NCBI GenBank assembly: GCA_043812915.1
Contig: JBDRLQ010000020.1
Location: 23,109-87,108 of the forward strand
Source of the DNA: Candidatus Micrarchaeota archaeon
GTDB taxonomy: Archaea; Micrarchaeota; Micrarchaeia; Anstonellales; Bilamarchaeaceae
Reading direction: 5' to 3'
Length of the DNA: 64,000 bases
In this document: piece by piece, positions 19,955 to 28,863 of the stretch
Numbering within the stretch: position 1 is the first letter of the stretch
Layout of the letters: each line of letters starts with the position of its first letter
The notes under the pieces: model-generated
Seen by the model: the letters and a program-made list of their open reading frames with translations, nothing else
The model's database searches: none
Told to the model about the DNA's origin: nothing
Translations under genes and position numbers: made by a program

Positions 19955-21235
19955 ATGTGCTATGCTATTCCTGGCAAAGTGATTGCCGTAGAGGGCAAAA
20001 TCGCCACTATAGAGTACTTTGGCGAGCACAGGAAGGCGCAGCTGGTTTTCGATTCCGCCTCCTCCGGGGACTATGTCTATGCTCAGGGCGGAGTGGTGGT
20101 GGGAAAGGTTCCTGAAGCAGAGGCCATTGAAATCCTTGAGCACTGGAAGAAGCAGTTCTTCGAGCTCAAGGAAGTGGACGAGAGGATCTCTTCAGTTCAG
20201 CCTTCATCAGGGGCATTATCTGTCATCATTGACAAGGCAGAATCCGGCAGAATCCTTACAAGGGGTGAAATGCGCCAAATCCTTTCAACAGGAGGGGATG
20301 CGCTCCCTCAGCTTTACCGGGCGGCCAACCACATTAGGAAATCCTGCCTCGACAATGCATGCTGCGTGCATGGCATAATAGAGTTCTCCAACAACTGCAT
20401 GAACAACTGCCTCTACTGTGGGATAAGCCGGGGCAATGATGCGCTCATTCGCTATCGCATGGGCAAGGGGGAAATTATGGAAGCGGTTGACCATGCGGTG
20501 GAAAAGCTCGGATTCAAGGCTCTCGTCCTCCAGTCTGGCGAAGACGCATACTATTCAGATGACCTGCTGGTTGAGCTGGTAAGGGAAATCAAAGGAAAGC
20601 ACGGAATCCTGATTTTCATGAGTGTCGGTGAAAGGAGCGCCGAGTGCTACTGGCGCCTCTATAAGGCCGGAGCATACGGTGCACTTATAAGGTTCGAGAC
20701 ATCCAGCAAGCGCATCTATGAGCAGGTGCGCCCAGGAAAGAAGCTGGAAAACCGGCTCGGCCTTATCCGGGAGCTGAAGAAAATGGGCTTTGTGCTCGCG
20801 ACCGGGTTCCTAATCGGGCTTCCAGGGCAGACTGATGACGACCTGATAAATGACGTGCTGCTCACCAAATCCCTGCAGCCTGACATGTTCTCCTTCGGCC
20901 CGTTCATACCGCACCCCCAGACCCCTCTTGCTTCATCGAAAAAACCTGCACTGGATGATGCGCTCAAGGTAATCGCGCTAAGCCGGCTTGTGGATCCCCA
21001 CTCCAAAATCCTTGTGACAACTGCGCTTGAGACATTGGGCGAAGGCGCGAAGAAGGCTGGGCTGATGGCCGGGGGCAATTCATTAATGATAAATACCACT
21101 CCTGAGAAATATAGGCTATGCTATGACCTTTATCCTGGAAAAACTGGGGAGGGCGGCGCGGTGGAAAAGACCATTGAAGAAACAGTGCGGCTCCTGCATT
21201 CTCTTGGCAGGGCTCCAACAGACCTCGGGTTGTGA
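19955..21235 (+). CDS. HypC/HupF domain fused to HydE-like radical SAM enzyme
   Basis: N-terminal MCYAIPGKV...GDYV (HypC); CMNNCLYC, VLQSGED, GPFIPHPQTPL, YDLYPGK (HydE/BioB-like). Confidence 0.85.
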   Translation: MCYAIPGKVIAVEGKIATIEYFGEHRKAQLVFDSASSGDYVYAQGGVVVGKVPEAEAIEILEHWKKQFFELKEVDERISSVQPSSGALSVIIDKAESGRILTRGEMRQILSTGGDALPQLYRAANHIRKSCLDNACCVHGIIEFSNNCMNNCLYCGISRGNDALIRYRMGKGEIMEAVDHAVEKLGFKALVLQSGEDAYYSDDLLVELVREIKGKHGILIFMSVGERSAECYWRLYKAGAYGALIRFETSSKRIYEQVRPGKKLENRLGLIRELKKMGFVLATGFLIGLPGQTDDDLINDVLLTKSLQPDMFSFGPFIPHPQTPLASSKKPALDDALKVIALSRLVDPHSKILVTTALETLGEGAKKAGLMAGGNSLMINTTPEKYRLCYDLYPGKTGEGGAVEKTIEETVRLLHSLGRAPTDLGL

Positions 21236-22599
21236 ACATGGAGATATTCAGCGAAAAGGAGATTAACGGGATTCTTGCCTCCACTCCGGAGCCGGCAGAC
21301 GAGATTCTGGATGCGATACTTGAGAAGGCGATGCGGAAAAAGGGCCTGACTTTGAAGGAGGCGGCAACGCTCCTTTCGGTAAAGAAAGAAGGGCAGCTTG
21401 GAAAGCTTTTCAAGGCCGCTGGGAAACTGAAGCAGGAGATATACGGCAACCGCCTCGTGCTTTTCGCACCTCTTTACCTTTCTGATTACTGCGTCAATGA
21501 CTGCGACTACTGCGGCTTCCACTGCAGGAACAAGGCTCTGCAAAGGAAGAAGCTCTCAATGGAGGAAATCAAAGAGCAGACTGCCCTGATTATGGGCATG
21601 GGGCACAAGCGGATACTGGTGGAATCTGGGGAGCATCCGGAGTGCCCGATAGATTATGTTTGCAACGCGATTCGGGCAATATATGATACAAAGGTAGGGA
21701 ATGGCGAAATCAGGCGCGTCAATGTCAACATCGCCGCAACAAGCGTTGATGACTACCGGAAGCTCAAGGAAGTCGGAATCGGCACATATCAGCTCTTCCA
21801 GGAGACCTACCATAGGCAGACATACGAGCGCATCCACAAGGGCCCGAAAGCAGACTATGAGCGCCAGATCACCGCGCATGAGCGCGCTTTCAAAGCCGGG
21901 CTGGACGACTATGGCATCGGGGTGCTTTTCGGCCTGTATGATTACCGGTTCGAGGTTCTCGCCCTGCTTGCGCATGCGAGATATATGGAAAAGAAACACG
22001 GGGTCGGGCCTCACACGATCTCGGTCCCAAGATTCAAGCCGGCCCCATCAGTCGACTTCAATCCGGATTATCTTGTTTCTGACTCAGATTTCCTGAAGCT
22101 GATTGCCGTGCTGAGGCTTTCAGTGCCGTACACCGGCATGATTATCTCGACAAGGGAATCCCCTCAAATCCGGGCAATGGCATATAAGCTTGGGATTTCC
22201 CAAACATCCGCCGCTTCGAAGACTTCTCCAGGCGGATACTCCACAAAAGTGAACTGCCAGTTCGAATTGTCGGATCACAGGCCGGTAAGCGAAGTTATTG
22301 GTTCAATTTGCGAGCAGGGTATGCTCCCAAGCTTCTGCACCGCCTGCTACAGGAGCAAAAGGACTGGCGAGGCTTTCATGAAACTGGCAAAGGAGGGGAA
22401 CATCCACTATCTCTGCCATCCTAATGCAATCCTCACATTCAAGGAATTCCTGATGGATTACGCTTCCAGGGAACTCCGGGAATCCGGCGAAAAGGCAATC
22501 GTGCGGGAACTGGAAAAAATAGGGGATGAGGAAAGAAAAGAGGAAACTAAAAGAAGGCTTAAAAGAATAGAAAAAGGGGAGCGGGACCTCTTCTTCTGA
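21232..22599 (+). CDS. hydG: [FeFe]-hydrogenase maturase HydG
   Basis: LFAPLYLSDYCVNDCDYC, YQLFQETYH, and the C-terminal auxiliary cluster motif PSFCTACYR...CHPNA that distinguishes HydG from ThiH. Confidence 0.9.
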   Translation: MNMEIFSEKEINGILASTPEPADEILDAILEKAMRKKGLTLKEAATLLSVKKEGQLGKLFKAAGKLKQEIYGNRLVLFAPLYLSDYCVNDCDYCGFHCRNKALQRKKLSMEEIKEQTALIMGMGHKRILVESGEHPECPIDYVCNAIRAIYDTKVGNGEIRRVNVNIAATSVDDYRKLKEVGIGTYQLFQETYHRQTYERIHKGPKADYERQITAHERAFKAGLDDYGIGVLFGLYDYRFEVLALLAHARYMEKKHGVGPHTISVPRFKPAPSVDFNPDYLVSDSDFLKLIAVLRLSVPYTGMIISTRESPQIRAMAYKLGISQTSAASKTSPGGYSTKVNCQFELSDHRPVSEVIGSICEQGMLPSFCTACYRSKRTGEAFMKLAKEGNIHYLCHPNAILTFKEFLMDYASRELRESGEKAIVRELEKIGDEERKEETKRRLKRIEKGERDLFF

Positions 22600-22600
22600 A

Positions 22601-25288
22601 TTATCTTCTCTCCCCATAGTCCTCGAGGAAATGCTCGTATTCCTTGAGCATCTTCACCGTGACCGAAGGCCTTCTCCTGCTGATTATCCCGGCTACCATC
22701 GAGTCAGTGATGTTGGCAGGCTTTCCGGCCAGCTTCGCACGTAGCGCGTTCATCTTGGCCTCCTGGCAGACGGAAGCGATGTCAGCGCCGCTGAATCCAG
22801 GAGTGAGCTCGGATGCCTTCTTAAGGTCAATTCCGCCTGCGAATTTCTCCCCAAGATGAATCTTGAATATCATCGCCCTCCCTTTCTTGTCAGGCGGCGG
22901 AATGTAGAAAATCTTGTCGAATCGCCCTGGCCTCAGGATTGCCGGGTCAAGGAGAGCCGGCTTGTTGGTCGCCGCAATCACGACAACTCCCTTCATGCCC
23001 CTGAGCCCGTCCATCTCTGTCAGGAACTGGCCGATGATTTCAGAAGGCCCCCCGCCCCTTGCGGGCGCGAAGGTCTCAATCTCATCAACAAAAAGGATTG
23101 CGGGGGTGTTCTCCCTCGCGCGGTTGAATGTCTCCCTTACAACCGTGACCGCCTGGGTGTACCCCTGCTTCATGATTTCTGCGCCGCTAAGGGACTGGAA
23201 TGAGGCGTCCAGCTCATTAGAGGCTGCTTTAACTATCAGCGTCTTGCCTGTTCCTGGGGGGCCGAATAGGAGCACGCCCTTGCTCGGCTTCACCTTGAAC
23301 TCCTTCATCATCTCCTCATGGAGCAGCGGAAGCTTTATCGCCTCAAGCAGGGCATTCTTGACTTCATCCAGGCCGGCGACATCATTCCAGGTCACGATGG
23401 CCTCGCGCGGCTTCTCTTCTTCCTTGGCCCCCACCCTGCGCTCGAAGTCCATCCTGAATGTCTCGTACTCATCAAGCTGGGCAAGCGATGTGCTCGGCCG
23501 TACGTAACCTACTATATCAAGCAGGTGCTTCATAGTAAGCGGAACAACCGCTCCTTTGCCGGCAGCCTCCTTTGCGGCAAGGCTCTTGGCCTCGACAATG
23601 ATATTCTTCAGGTCTGCCCCTGAGAACCTGCCGGTCTTCTTGGCAAGGACATCAAGGTCAACGTCCTCTGCAAGCGGCAGGTCCCTTAGGTGAACTCTCA
23701 GAATGGCCTTCCTGGCAGCCGTGTCCGGCAGGTGCATATAGATTATCTTGTCGAACCTGCCTGGCCTCAGAAGCGCGGGGTCAAGCTCGTTCGGAACGTT
23801 CGTTGAGCCGATAACAATCACATTGGCCTTTGATTTGCTGGCGCCGTCCATCTCCTGTAGGAGGGTGCTGAGCACTCTCTGGCCGGCTTCATCCAGCGAG
23901 TCCATCCTCCTCTTCTTGCCCAGGCTGTCAACCTCATCAAAGAACAATACTGTGGGCGCTGTCTTCCTGGCGTTGGAGAACACCTCGGCAATATTCTTCT
24001 CGCTCTCGCCGAGCCATTTCGAGATGATTTGCGAGCAGCGCACCTCAATGAAGTTGTATTTCAGCTCTTTGGCAAGAGCGCGCATCAGCATGGTCTTACC
24101 GGTTCCCGGAGGGCCGAAGAGAAGTATGCCGCTTGGAGGCTTTATCCCATATGTGTAGGCAATCTCCTTCTTCTCAAGCGGCATTATAATCGCGTCGCGC
24201 AGCTCGCCCTTCACGTCATCGTAGCCGCCGACATCCGACATCGATTTCTCATCGCCGCCAATGCCTATGTCAGACATCCCGAATTTGCCGTAGGCCTTCA
24301 TCTTCTCCTGCCGGTCCAGAATGGCTTCCTGGCTTATCCGGAGGCCCATCTGCTCCGAAATCCCGAGAGCGGCAATCGATGTGCCGATAGCGAATAATAA
24401 TTCAACACGGAACGGAGTGCCAAAGAGCATGCCCATCCCGTAATATATGAGTGGCACAATAAGCAGCGCAAGGCTGGACAACAGCTGGGAGAATCTGCCC
24501 TTCACCCTTCCGGAAAGATAGCTTATCAGGAAAAGTGCAGCGCCCCAGGCAATGAGCTGGGGTATCCCCGAGTCCATGAAAAGGATGACCAGCACGTTAT
24601 CCACCACCCACCCCATCGAGCTCCATATCTTGGAGATTGTCCCATAGGAGAATATGGCGGCAAAAGCTGTTCCCATCGAAGGGAAAATCTCCATCAGCCC
24701 GACAGGCCCTTTGGAGAACATCAGCTCAGGCACGCCCGGCTCATACAACACCATGTTCAGGGGCAGGTACGCGCTATTCTGCACAAGCCAGAGGGATGAG
24801 AGCAGAAGTATCAGCAGCACCGAAGGGACGGATATGAGAACGCTCTTCTTCGAGCCGAAGTACAGGGCTGCAACCGCCATCCCCAGTATAGTAATCCATC
24901 CGAAGAAAGGGAGCTGGCCGAAGCTGAAGGGCGCCATGACAAGTATCTCCAGCGTTGCGATGACCTTCCAGGAGTCGAACATCTGGAACAGCGTCGCTGC
25001 AATCACCATCACGAAGACCAGCCCGAACATCGGGGACTGGTAGACCACTGCGGGGAATGCGAGCAGTATCCCGAGCAGCACGCCGAAGTGCGGGTGCTTG
25101 AATGCGACCGCCCCGCAGGCAACGGCTAATGCCGGGACAATATAAATCGGATAAAACGGGACCGCGCCAAGCAGGAACAGCGCGCCTAGGAAAACGGTCA
25201 GGGCATTCCACACTGATTCGCTTTTCTGGGCGAGCTTTATGTAGGCCCGGACCTTCTGCTCTGTCATCGACTTCTGGGCTGTCCGCAT
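22601..25288 (-). CDS. Membrane-anchored tandem AAA+ ATPase (CDC48-like D1/D2 with multi-TM N-terminus)
   Basis: About 300-aa polytopic N-terminus; two GPPGTGKT motifs, FFDE/FVDE, two DPA(L/I)LRPGRFD. Confidence 0.9.
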   Translation of the reverse strand: MRTAQKSMTEQKVRAYIKLAQKSESVWNALTVFLGALFLLGAVPFYPIYIVPALAVACGAVAFKHPHFGVLLGILLAFPAVVYQSPMFGLVFVMVIAATLFQMFDSWKVIATLEILVMAPFSFGQLPFFGWITILGMAVAALYFGSKKSVLISVPSVLLILLLSSLWLVQNSAYLPLNMVLYEPGVPELMFSKGPVGLMEIFPSMGTAFAAIFSYGTISKIWSSMGWVVDNVLVILFMDSGIPQLIAWGAALFLISYLSGRVKGRFSQLLSSLALLIVPLIYYGMGMLFGTPFRVELLFAIGTSIAALGISEQMGLRISQEAILDRQEKMKAYGKFGMSDIGIGGDEKSMSDVGGYDDVKGELRDAIIMPLEKKEIAYTYGIKPPSGILLFGPPGTGKTMLMRALAKELKYNFIEVRCSQIISKWLGESEKNIAEVFSNARKTAPTVLFFDEVDSLGKKRRMDSLDEAGQRVLSTLLQEMDGASKSKANVIVIGSTNVPNELDPALLRPGRFDKIIYMHLPDTAARKAILRVHLRDLPLAEDVDLDVLAKKTGRFSGADLKNIIVEAKSLAAKEAAGKGAVVPLTMKHLLDIVGYVRPSTSLAQLDEYETFRMDFERRVGAKEEEKPREAIVTWNDVAGLDEVKNALLEAIKLPLLHEEMMKEFKVKPSKGVLLFGPPGTGKTLIVKAASNELDASFQSLSGAEIMKQGYTQAVTVVRETFNRARENTPAILFVDEIETFAPARGGGPSEIIGQFLTEMDGLRGMKGVVVIAATNKPALLDPAILRPGRFDKIFYIPPPDKKGRAMIFKIHLGEKFAGGIDLKKASELTPGFSGADIASVCQEAKMNALRAKLAGKPANITDSMVAGIISRRRPSVTVKMLKEYEHFLEDYGERR

Positions 25289-25318
25289 GCAGGGAAATCC
25301 CTCTTACGGTTTATAAAA

Positions 25319-25624
25319 TTATAGTCTGTGAACCCTGATATCCGGCTCCACTCTTCTCCAGCTTCCGTTGATATACTGCCAGAGCTGCTTTGTTGTGGAA
25401 TCATAGACCAGGTCGTGCTTTGATGCCGCGTCCATTGAGCGGTCTATCTCAATCAGCGGAAACCTCCTCATCCAGTCAATCTCATCCCTGAACGGGTTCC
25501 TTTCTATGACTTGGATGCGGTTGCGTTCTTTCTTTACCTTTTCACACCAGGCGCTCACTTTCTCAATCTCTTCCTGGCTAACCATGGGTACGTTGTCTGA
25601 ATCCCGGTTTAAATAAGTTTTCAT
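25319..25624 (-). CDS. Hypothetical protein
   Basis: 101-aa ORF filling the gap with plausible composition; start may be MVSQEE. Confidence 0.55.
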   Translation of the reverse strand: MKTYLNRDSDNVPMVSQEEIEKVSAWCEKVKKERNRIQVIERNPFRDEIDWMRRFPLIEIDRSMDAASKHDLVYDSTTKQLWQYINGSWRRVEPDIRVHRL

Positions 25625-25627
25625 TTA

Positions 25628-25930
25628 ATGCAATACATGATGGCTATGTTAGAATTTTCAGGTTTTGTCCCTAAGCTGATGGCGGATGTCGGCGATGCCG
25701 CCGCGGCAACCCTTATTTCAGGATACTTCAGTATTATTGGCCTGATATACTGCCTTGCCCTCATTATCGGGCTCGGCTCCTTTGTCGTGTGGCTATGGGC
25801 CCTTGTGGATTGCCTCGGCCGGAAATTCAAGGGAGAGAATGACAAGCTGCTATGGGTCCTGGTAATACTATTTGCCGGAATCATAGGCTCTGTTATCTAC
25901 TACTTCCTCGTAAAGAAAAAAGAGGGCTGA
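25628..25930 (+). CDS. Small membrane protein with PLDc N-terminal-like domain
   Basis: WLWALVDCL...DKLLWVLVILFAGIIGSVIYYF. Confidence 0.75.
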   Translation: MQYMMAMLEFSGFVPKLMADVGDAAAATLISGYFSIIGLIYCLALIIGLGSFVVWLWALVDCLGRKFKGENDKLLWVLVILFAGIIGSVIYYFLVKKKEG

Positions 25931-25976
25931 AAATCAGCCTTTCTTCTATATCTTTTCTTTGGAAAAAACTCATGTC

Positions 25977-26168
25977 TCAGAAATTGTCTATTCCCATTAC
26001 GGATACTGCCTGAAGGATGCTTGCAAAGGACTGGTCGAGCTCCATTCCGGTCTTAAGCCCGAGCCTGGATAGCTCCTTCTTTATCTCACCTAGCGCGGCA
26101 TGTCCAAATCCTTTGACGCCCTGGAGTTCCTTGTCAGTCATCTCAGTCCCTAGAAGCGCGCTCTCCAC
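25977..26168 (-). CDS. Small protein resembling the bacterial RNA polymerase alpha C-terminal (HhH) domain
   Basis: MTDKELQGVKGFGHAALGEIKKELSRLGLKTGM; GTG start. Confidence 0.5.
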   Translation of the reverse strand: MESALLGTEMTDKELQGVKGFGHAALGEIKKELSRLGLKTGMELDQSFASILQAVSVMGIDNF

Positions 26169-26232
26169 GGCGGCTACGCCCTCATCGCGTGAGTAAACAT
26201 TTTAAACTAGTCTTTTTCCTGAAGTTACCACA

Positions 26233-27312
26233 TTATATCTTCACTATCTGGATGACATCCCCGTTTTTCAGGACATGCCCGAGGCCGACCCTTTGGGGCT
26301 GGTGCTTCACGCTTTCCCCCCATACCAATGCGAACCGAAATTCCTTTTTCAGGTCACGGTGCAACTTTGCGCACATTTCCCCGACTGTTATCCCGTTGCG
26401 GACGACCATCGGCTCCTCGAGGTCGGCGTCTTCCTTCCTTTTTTTGGTGAAAATGCTGATAAGGTCGAGCTTCCTGTAAATCATTTCCCGCAGCTCCGCA
26501 ATCCCCTCGCCTTTTTCCGCGGCAACCGAGATATCATATTCCGTATCCGACTTCTTCATCTCGTTGCTGACAAGGTCTGCTTTCGTGAGCACGTACAGCA
26601 CCGGAACATACGCGCGGTTCCCTTCAAGGACATCTATGAACTCGTCCACACTTATGTTCTCGCGCAATATCACATTGGCGTTGAATATCCTGTATTCATT
26701 CAGGGCTGCCATAATCTCATTGTTGCTGATTTTAGTGAGCTTCACTGTGGAGTTAATTGTAACGCCTCCCCTTGCAAGTTTCTTGATGATGACATGAGGA
26801 GCCTTCTTGTTGATTCTTATCCCGAAACCGTACAGCTCGCTCTCAATGACCCTCCTTTGCTTCGGGTGCGTGGCCTCGACAAGGGCGAGTATTAGGTCCG
26901 CGTTGCGGGCAACGGCTATGATTTCCCTGCCCCTTCCCTTTCCGTCCTTTGCCCCTTCGATTATTCCAGGAAGGTCGAGAATCTGGATTCTTGCGCCTTT
27001 ATGCTCCATGACGCCCGGGATGCACTTGAGCGTGGTGAACGCGTAGGCCGCCACTTTCGATTCCTTCCTTGTGAGCTTTCCAAGGAGGGTGCTCTTTCCG
27101 ACGCTTGGAAGGCCGATGAGGACTGCTGTTGCGTCTCCTGATTTCCTGACATCAAAGCCCCCCCCGCCACTGGTTCCGCTTGGGGCAATGAGCTGCCTGC
27201 GCAGCTTCGCTATTTTTGCCTTCAGGACGCCCAGATGGTACTCGGTAGCCTTGTTCACCTGGGTGCGGGCCATTTCTTCTTCGATATCCTTTATCTTCTC
27301 CTGGATTCCCAT
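26233..27312 (-). CDS. DRG/Obg-family GTPase with TGS domain
   Basis: NKATEYHLG, GLPSVGKS, AYAFTT, DLPGIIEGA, WGESVK. Confidence 0.95.
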   Translation of the reverse strand: MGIQEKIKDIEEEMARTQVNKATEYHLGVLKAKIAKLRRQLIAPSGTSGGGGFDVRKSGDATAVLIGLPSVGKSTLLGKLTRKESKVAAYAFTTLKCIPGVMEHKGARIQILDLPGIIEGAKDGKGRGREIIAVARNADLILALVEATHPKQRRVIESELYGFGIRINKKAPHVIIKKLARGGVTINSTVKLTKISNNEIMAALNEYRIFNANVILRENISVDEFIDVLEGNRAYVPVLYVLTKADLVSNEMKKSDTEYDISVAAEKGEGIAELREMIYRKLDLISIFTKKRKEDADLEEPMVVRNGITVGEMCAKLHRDLKKEFRFALVWGESVKHQPQRVGLGHVLKNGDVIQIVKI

Positions 27313-27346
27313 CTCAATCACTTTTGATTGGCGCCACTATTTAATG

Positions 27347-28060
27347 TTATATCCTTGCTGCGAACTCCCAGGCAAGTATTAGCGCTGCCAGTATGGGCTG
27401 GTGGATGAGATAGATGAGCAGCGAATGCCTTCCTAAAAAAGCAAGCCTGTCAATCAGCCTGTCGCCGCGGGCATTGGCAATCTTTTCCGCATTCCTGGCT
27501 ATGAATCTCTGCCCGGCGTATATCCCCAGCAGTATTATCCCGAACCAGGGTATCAGCGGGTAGTAATCAAGGGGCCAGTAGCCTGGGGAGTTGATTCCAA
27601 GGAAGAATAAGTAGTCTGTGCCGTGGGCAGGCGCGGTTCCCAGGAAGAACCCTGCGGCTATAAGCAGAAACCCGAAGAAGACATTCCAGAGCCCAAGCCT
27701 AAGGAACATGGGCGCAATCAGGGTGGAAGCCGCAATCAGGTGGATGATGCCGAACATGATGAACCTCTCATGCGGATATATCCAGGTTACCGCGGTAATA
27801 AGAAGCGCAACCGTGCCGAGCATCGCCGCCCTTTTCAGGTATTCCCATCTGCCTTTTTTCCTGCCCTCCATCAGGGCCAGGGAGATGCCTGCAACAAAAA
27901 GGAACATGAACGCTATTGTGCGCTGGAACAGAATCCAGCCCAGGCCGGATAAATCAACTGAAAGCACCCTGAAGAAGTCAAGGTCGATAAAGAGATGATA
28001 AGCAATCATCATCACTATCGCCGTCCCCCTCAGGGCGTCAATTCCCGCTATCCTTGCCAT
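27347..28060 (-). CDS. DUF1624/heparan-alpha-glucosaminide N-acetyltransferase-like membrane protein
   Basis: RIAGIDALRG, FGIIHLI, DYYPLIPW, GRHSLLIYLIHQP. Confidence 0.88.
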   Translation of the reverse strand: MARIAGIDALRGTAIVMMIAYHLFIDLDFFRVLSVDLSGLGWILFQRTIAFMFLFVAGISLALMEGRKKGRWEYLKRAAMLGTVALLITAVTWIYPHERFIMFGIIHLIAASTLIAPMFLRLGLWNVFFGFLLIAAGFFLGTAPAHGTDYLFFLGINSPGYWPLDYYPLIPWFGIILLGIYAGQRFIARNAEKIANARGDRLIDRLAFLGRHSLLIYLIHQPILAALILAWEFAARI

Positions 28061-28311
28061 TCAATCCCACTTTCCAGATTTAGCTTCCTGGGCTCTTCTA
28101 TCGGCTTTTTCTGCAACCTTGCGATTCCTTGCCAATACGAAATATTCGTTCATTTATTACGGCTGCCCCATCAAGGGAATCTCCCAGACAATCTGCCTCC
28201 AATGCGGAAACATCAGCAAACCAAGAATCCATCGCGGCCTTCTTTGAAATCAGCGGCCTGCATAAGTGATTTGGATTGCATTTTTTAATATTTGTATCCA
28301 TTTTCATTTCC

Positions 28312-28860
28312 ATGGTCATAGAGGCAAAGCTAGAGCTGCGAAAAAGACTGCTCGCCCAGCGCAACTCGTTGCCGGCGGAAGTGATTGCGGAATCCAGCAA
28401 ATCCATTGCCGAGAAGCTGTTCGATGAGGAGCACTTCAAGAACGCAAACACAATCGCATTCTATATCCCAAAAGGGAGCGAGGTCGAAACGAGGTTCATG
28501 ATGGAGGCCCTCAAGGATGACCGTGAGATTCTTGTCCCAGTTACAACCGAAGAGATTGAGATGGTGCAGTTAAAGTCCTTCGACAATCTGGGCCCTGGGA
28601 AATTCGGTGTCCTGGAGCCGAGGGAGAAGATTCCTCCAAAGTCATTTTCCGATGTCGTGGTTGTCCCGGGAGTGGCATTCGGGCTTTGCATGCACAGGCT
28701 GGGCTACGGCCTCGGCTATTACGACCGGTTCCTGGCGCATTCGCCGGCATACAGAATCGGGATATGCTACGATTTCCAGGTCGAGGAAAAACTGCCCACG
28801 CACGAGAACGACCAGCGCATGGACATGATAATAACAGAAAAAAGAGTGATAAAGCTCTGA
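28312..28860 (+). CDS. 5-formyltetrahydrofolate cyclo-ligase
   Basis: KLELRK, VVVPGVAF...RLGYGLGYYDRFL, D..MDMIITE. Confidence 0.93.
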   Translation: MVIEAKLELRKRLLAQRNSLPAEVIAESSKSIAEKLFDEEHFKNANTIAFYIPKGSEVETRFMMEALKDDREILVPVTTEEIEMVQLKSFDNLGPGKFGVLEPREKIPPKSFSDVVVVPGVAFGLCMHRLGYGLGYYDRFLAHSPAYRIGICYDFQVEEKLPTHENDQRMDMIITEKRVIKL

Positions 28861-28863
28861 ATG

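Noticed and set aside
21232..22599. ThiH (thiazole synthesis) assignment
   Set aside because: The C-terminal CTACYR...C cluster motif and the adjacent HydE-like gene indicate HydG
28061..28263. Possible selenoprotein (minus-strand ATG...TGC-TGA-TGT) in the intergenic gap
   Set aside because: The product would be short with a second TGA, shows no family resemblance, and has no visible SECIS
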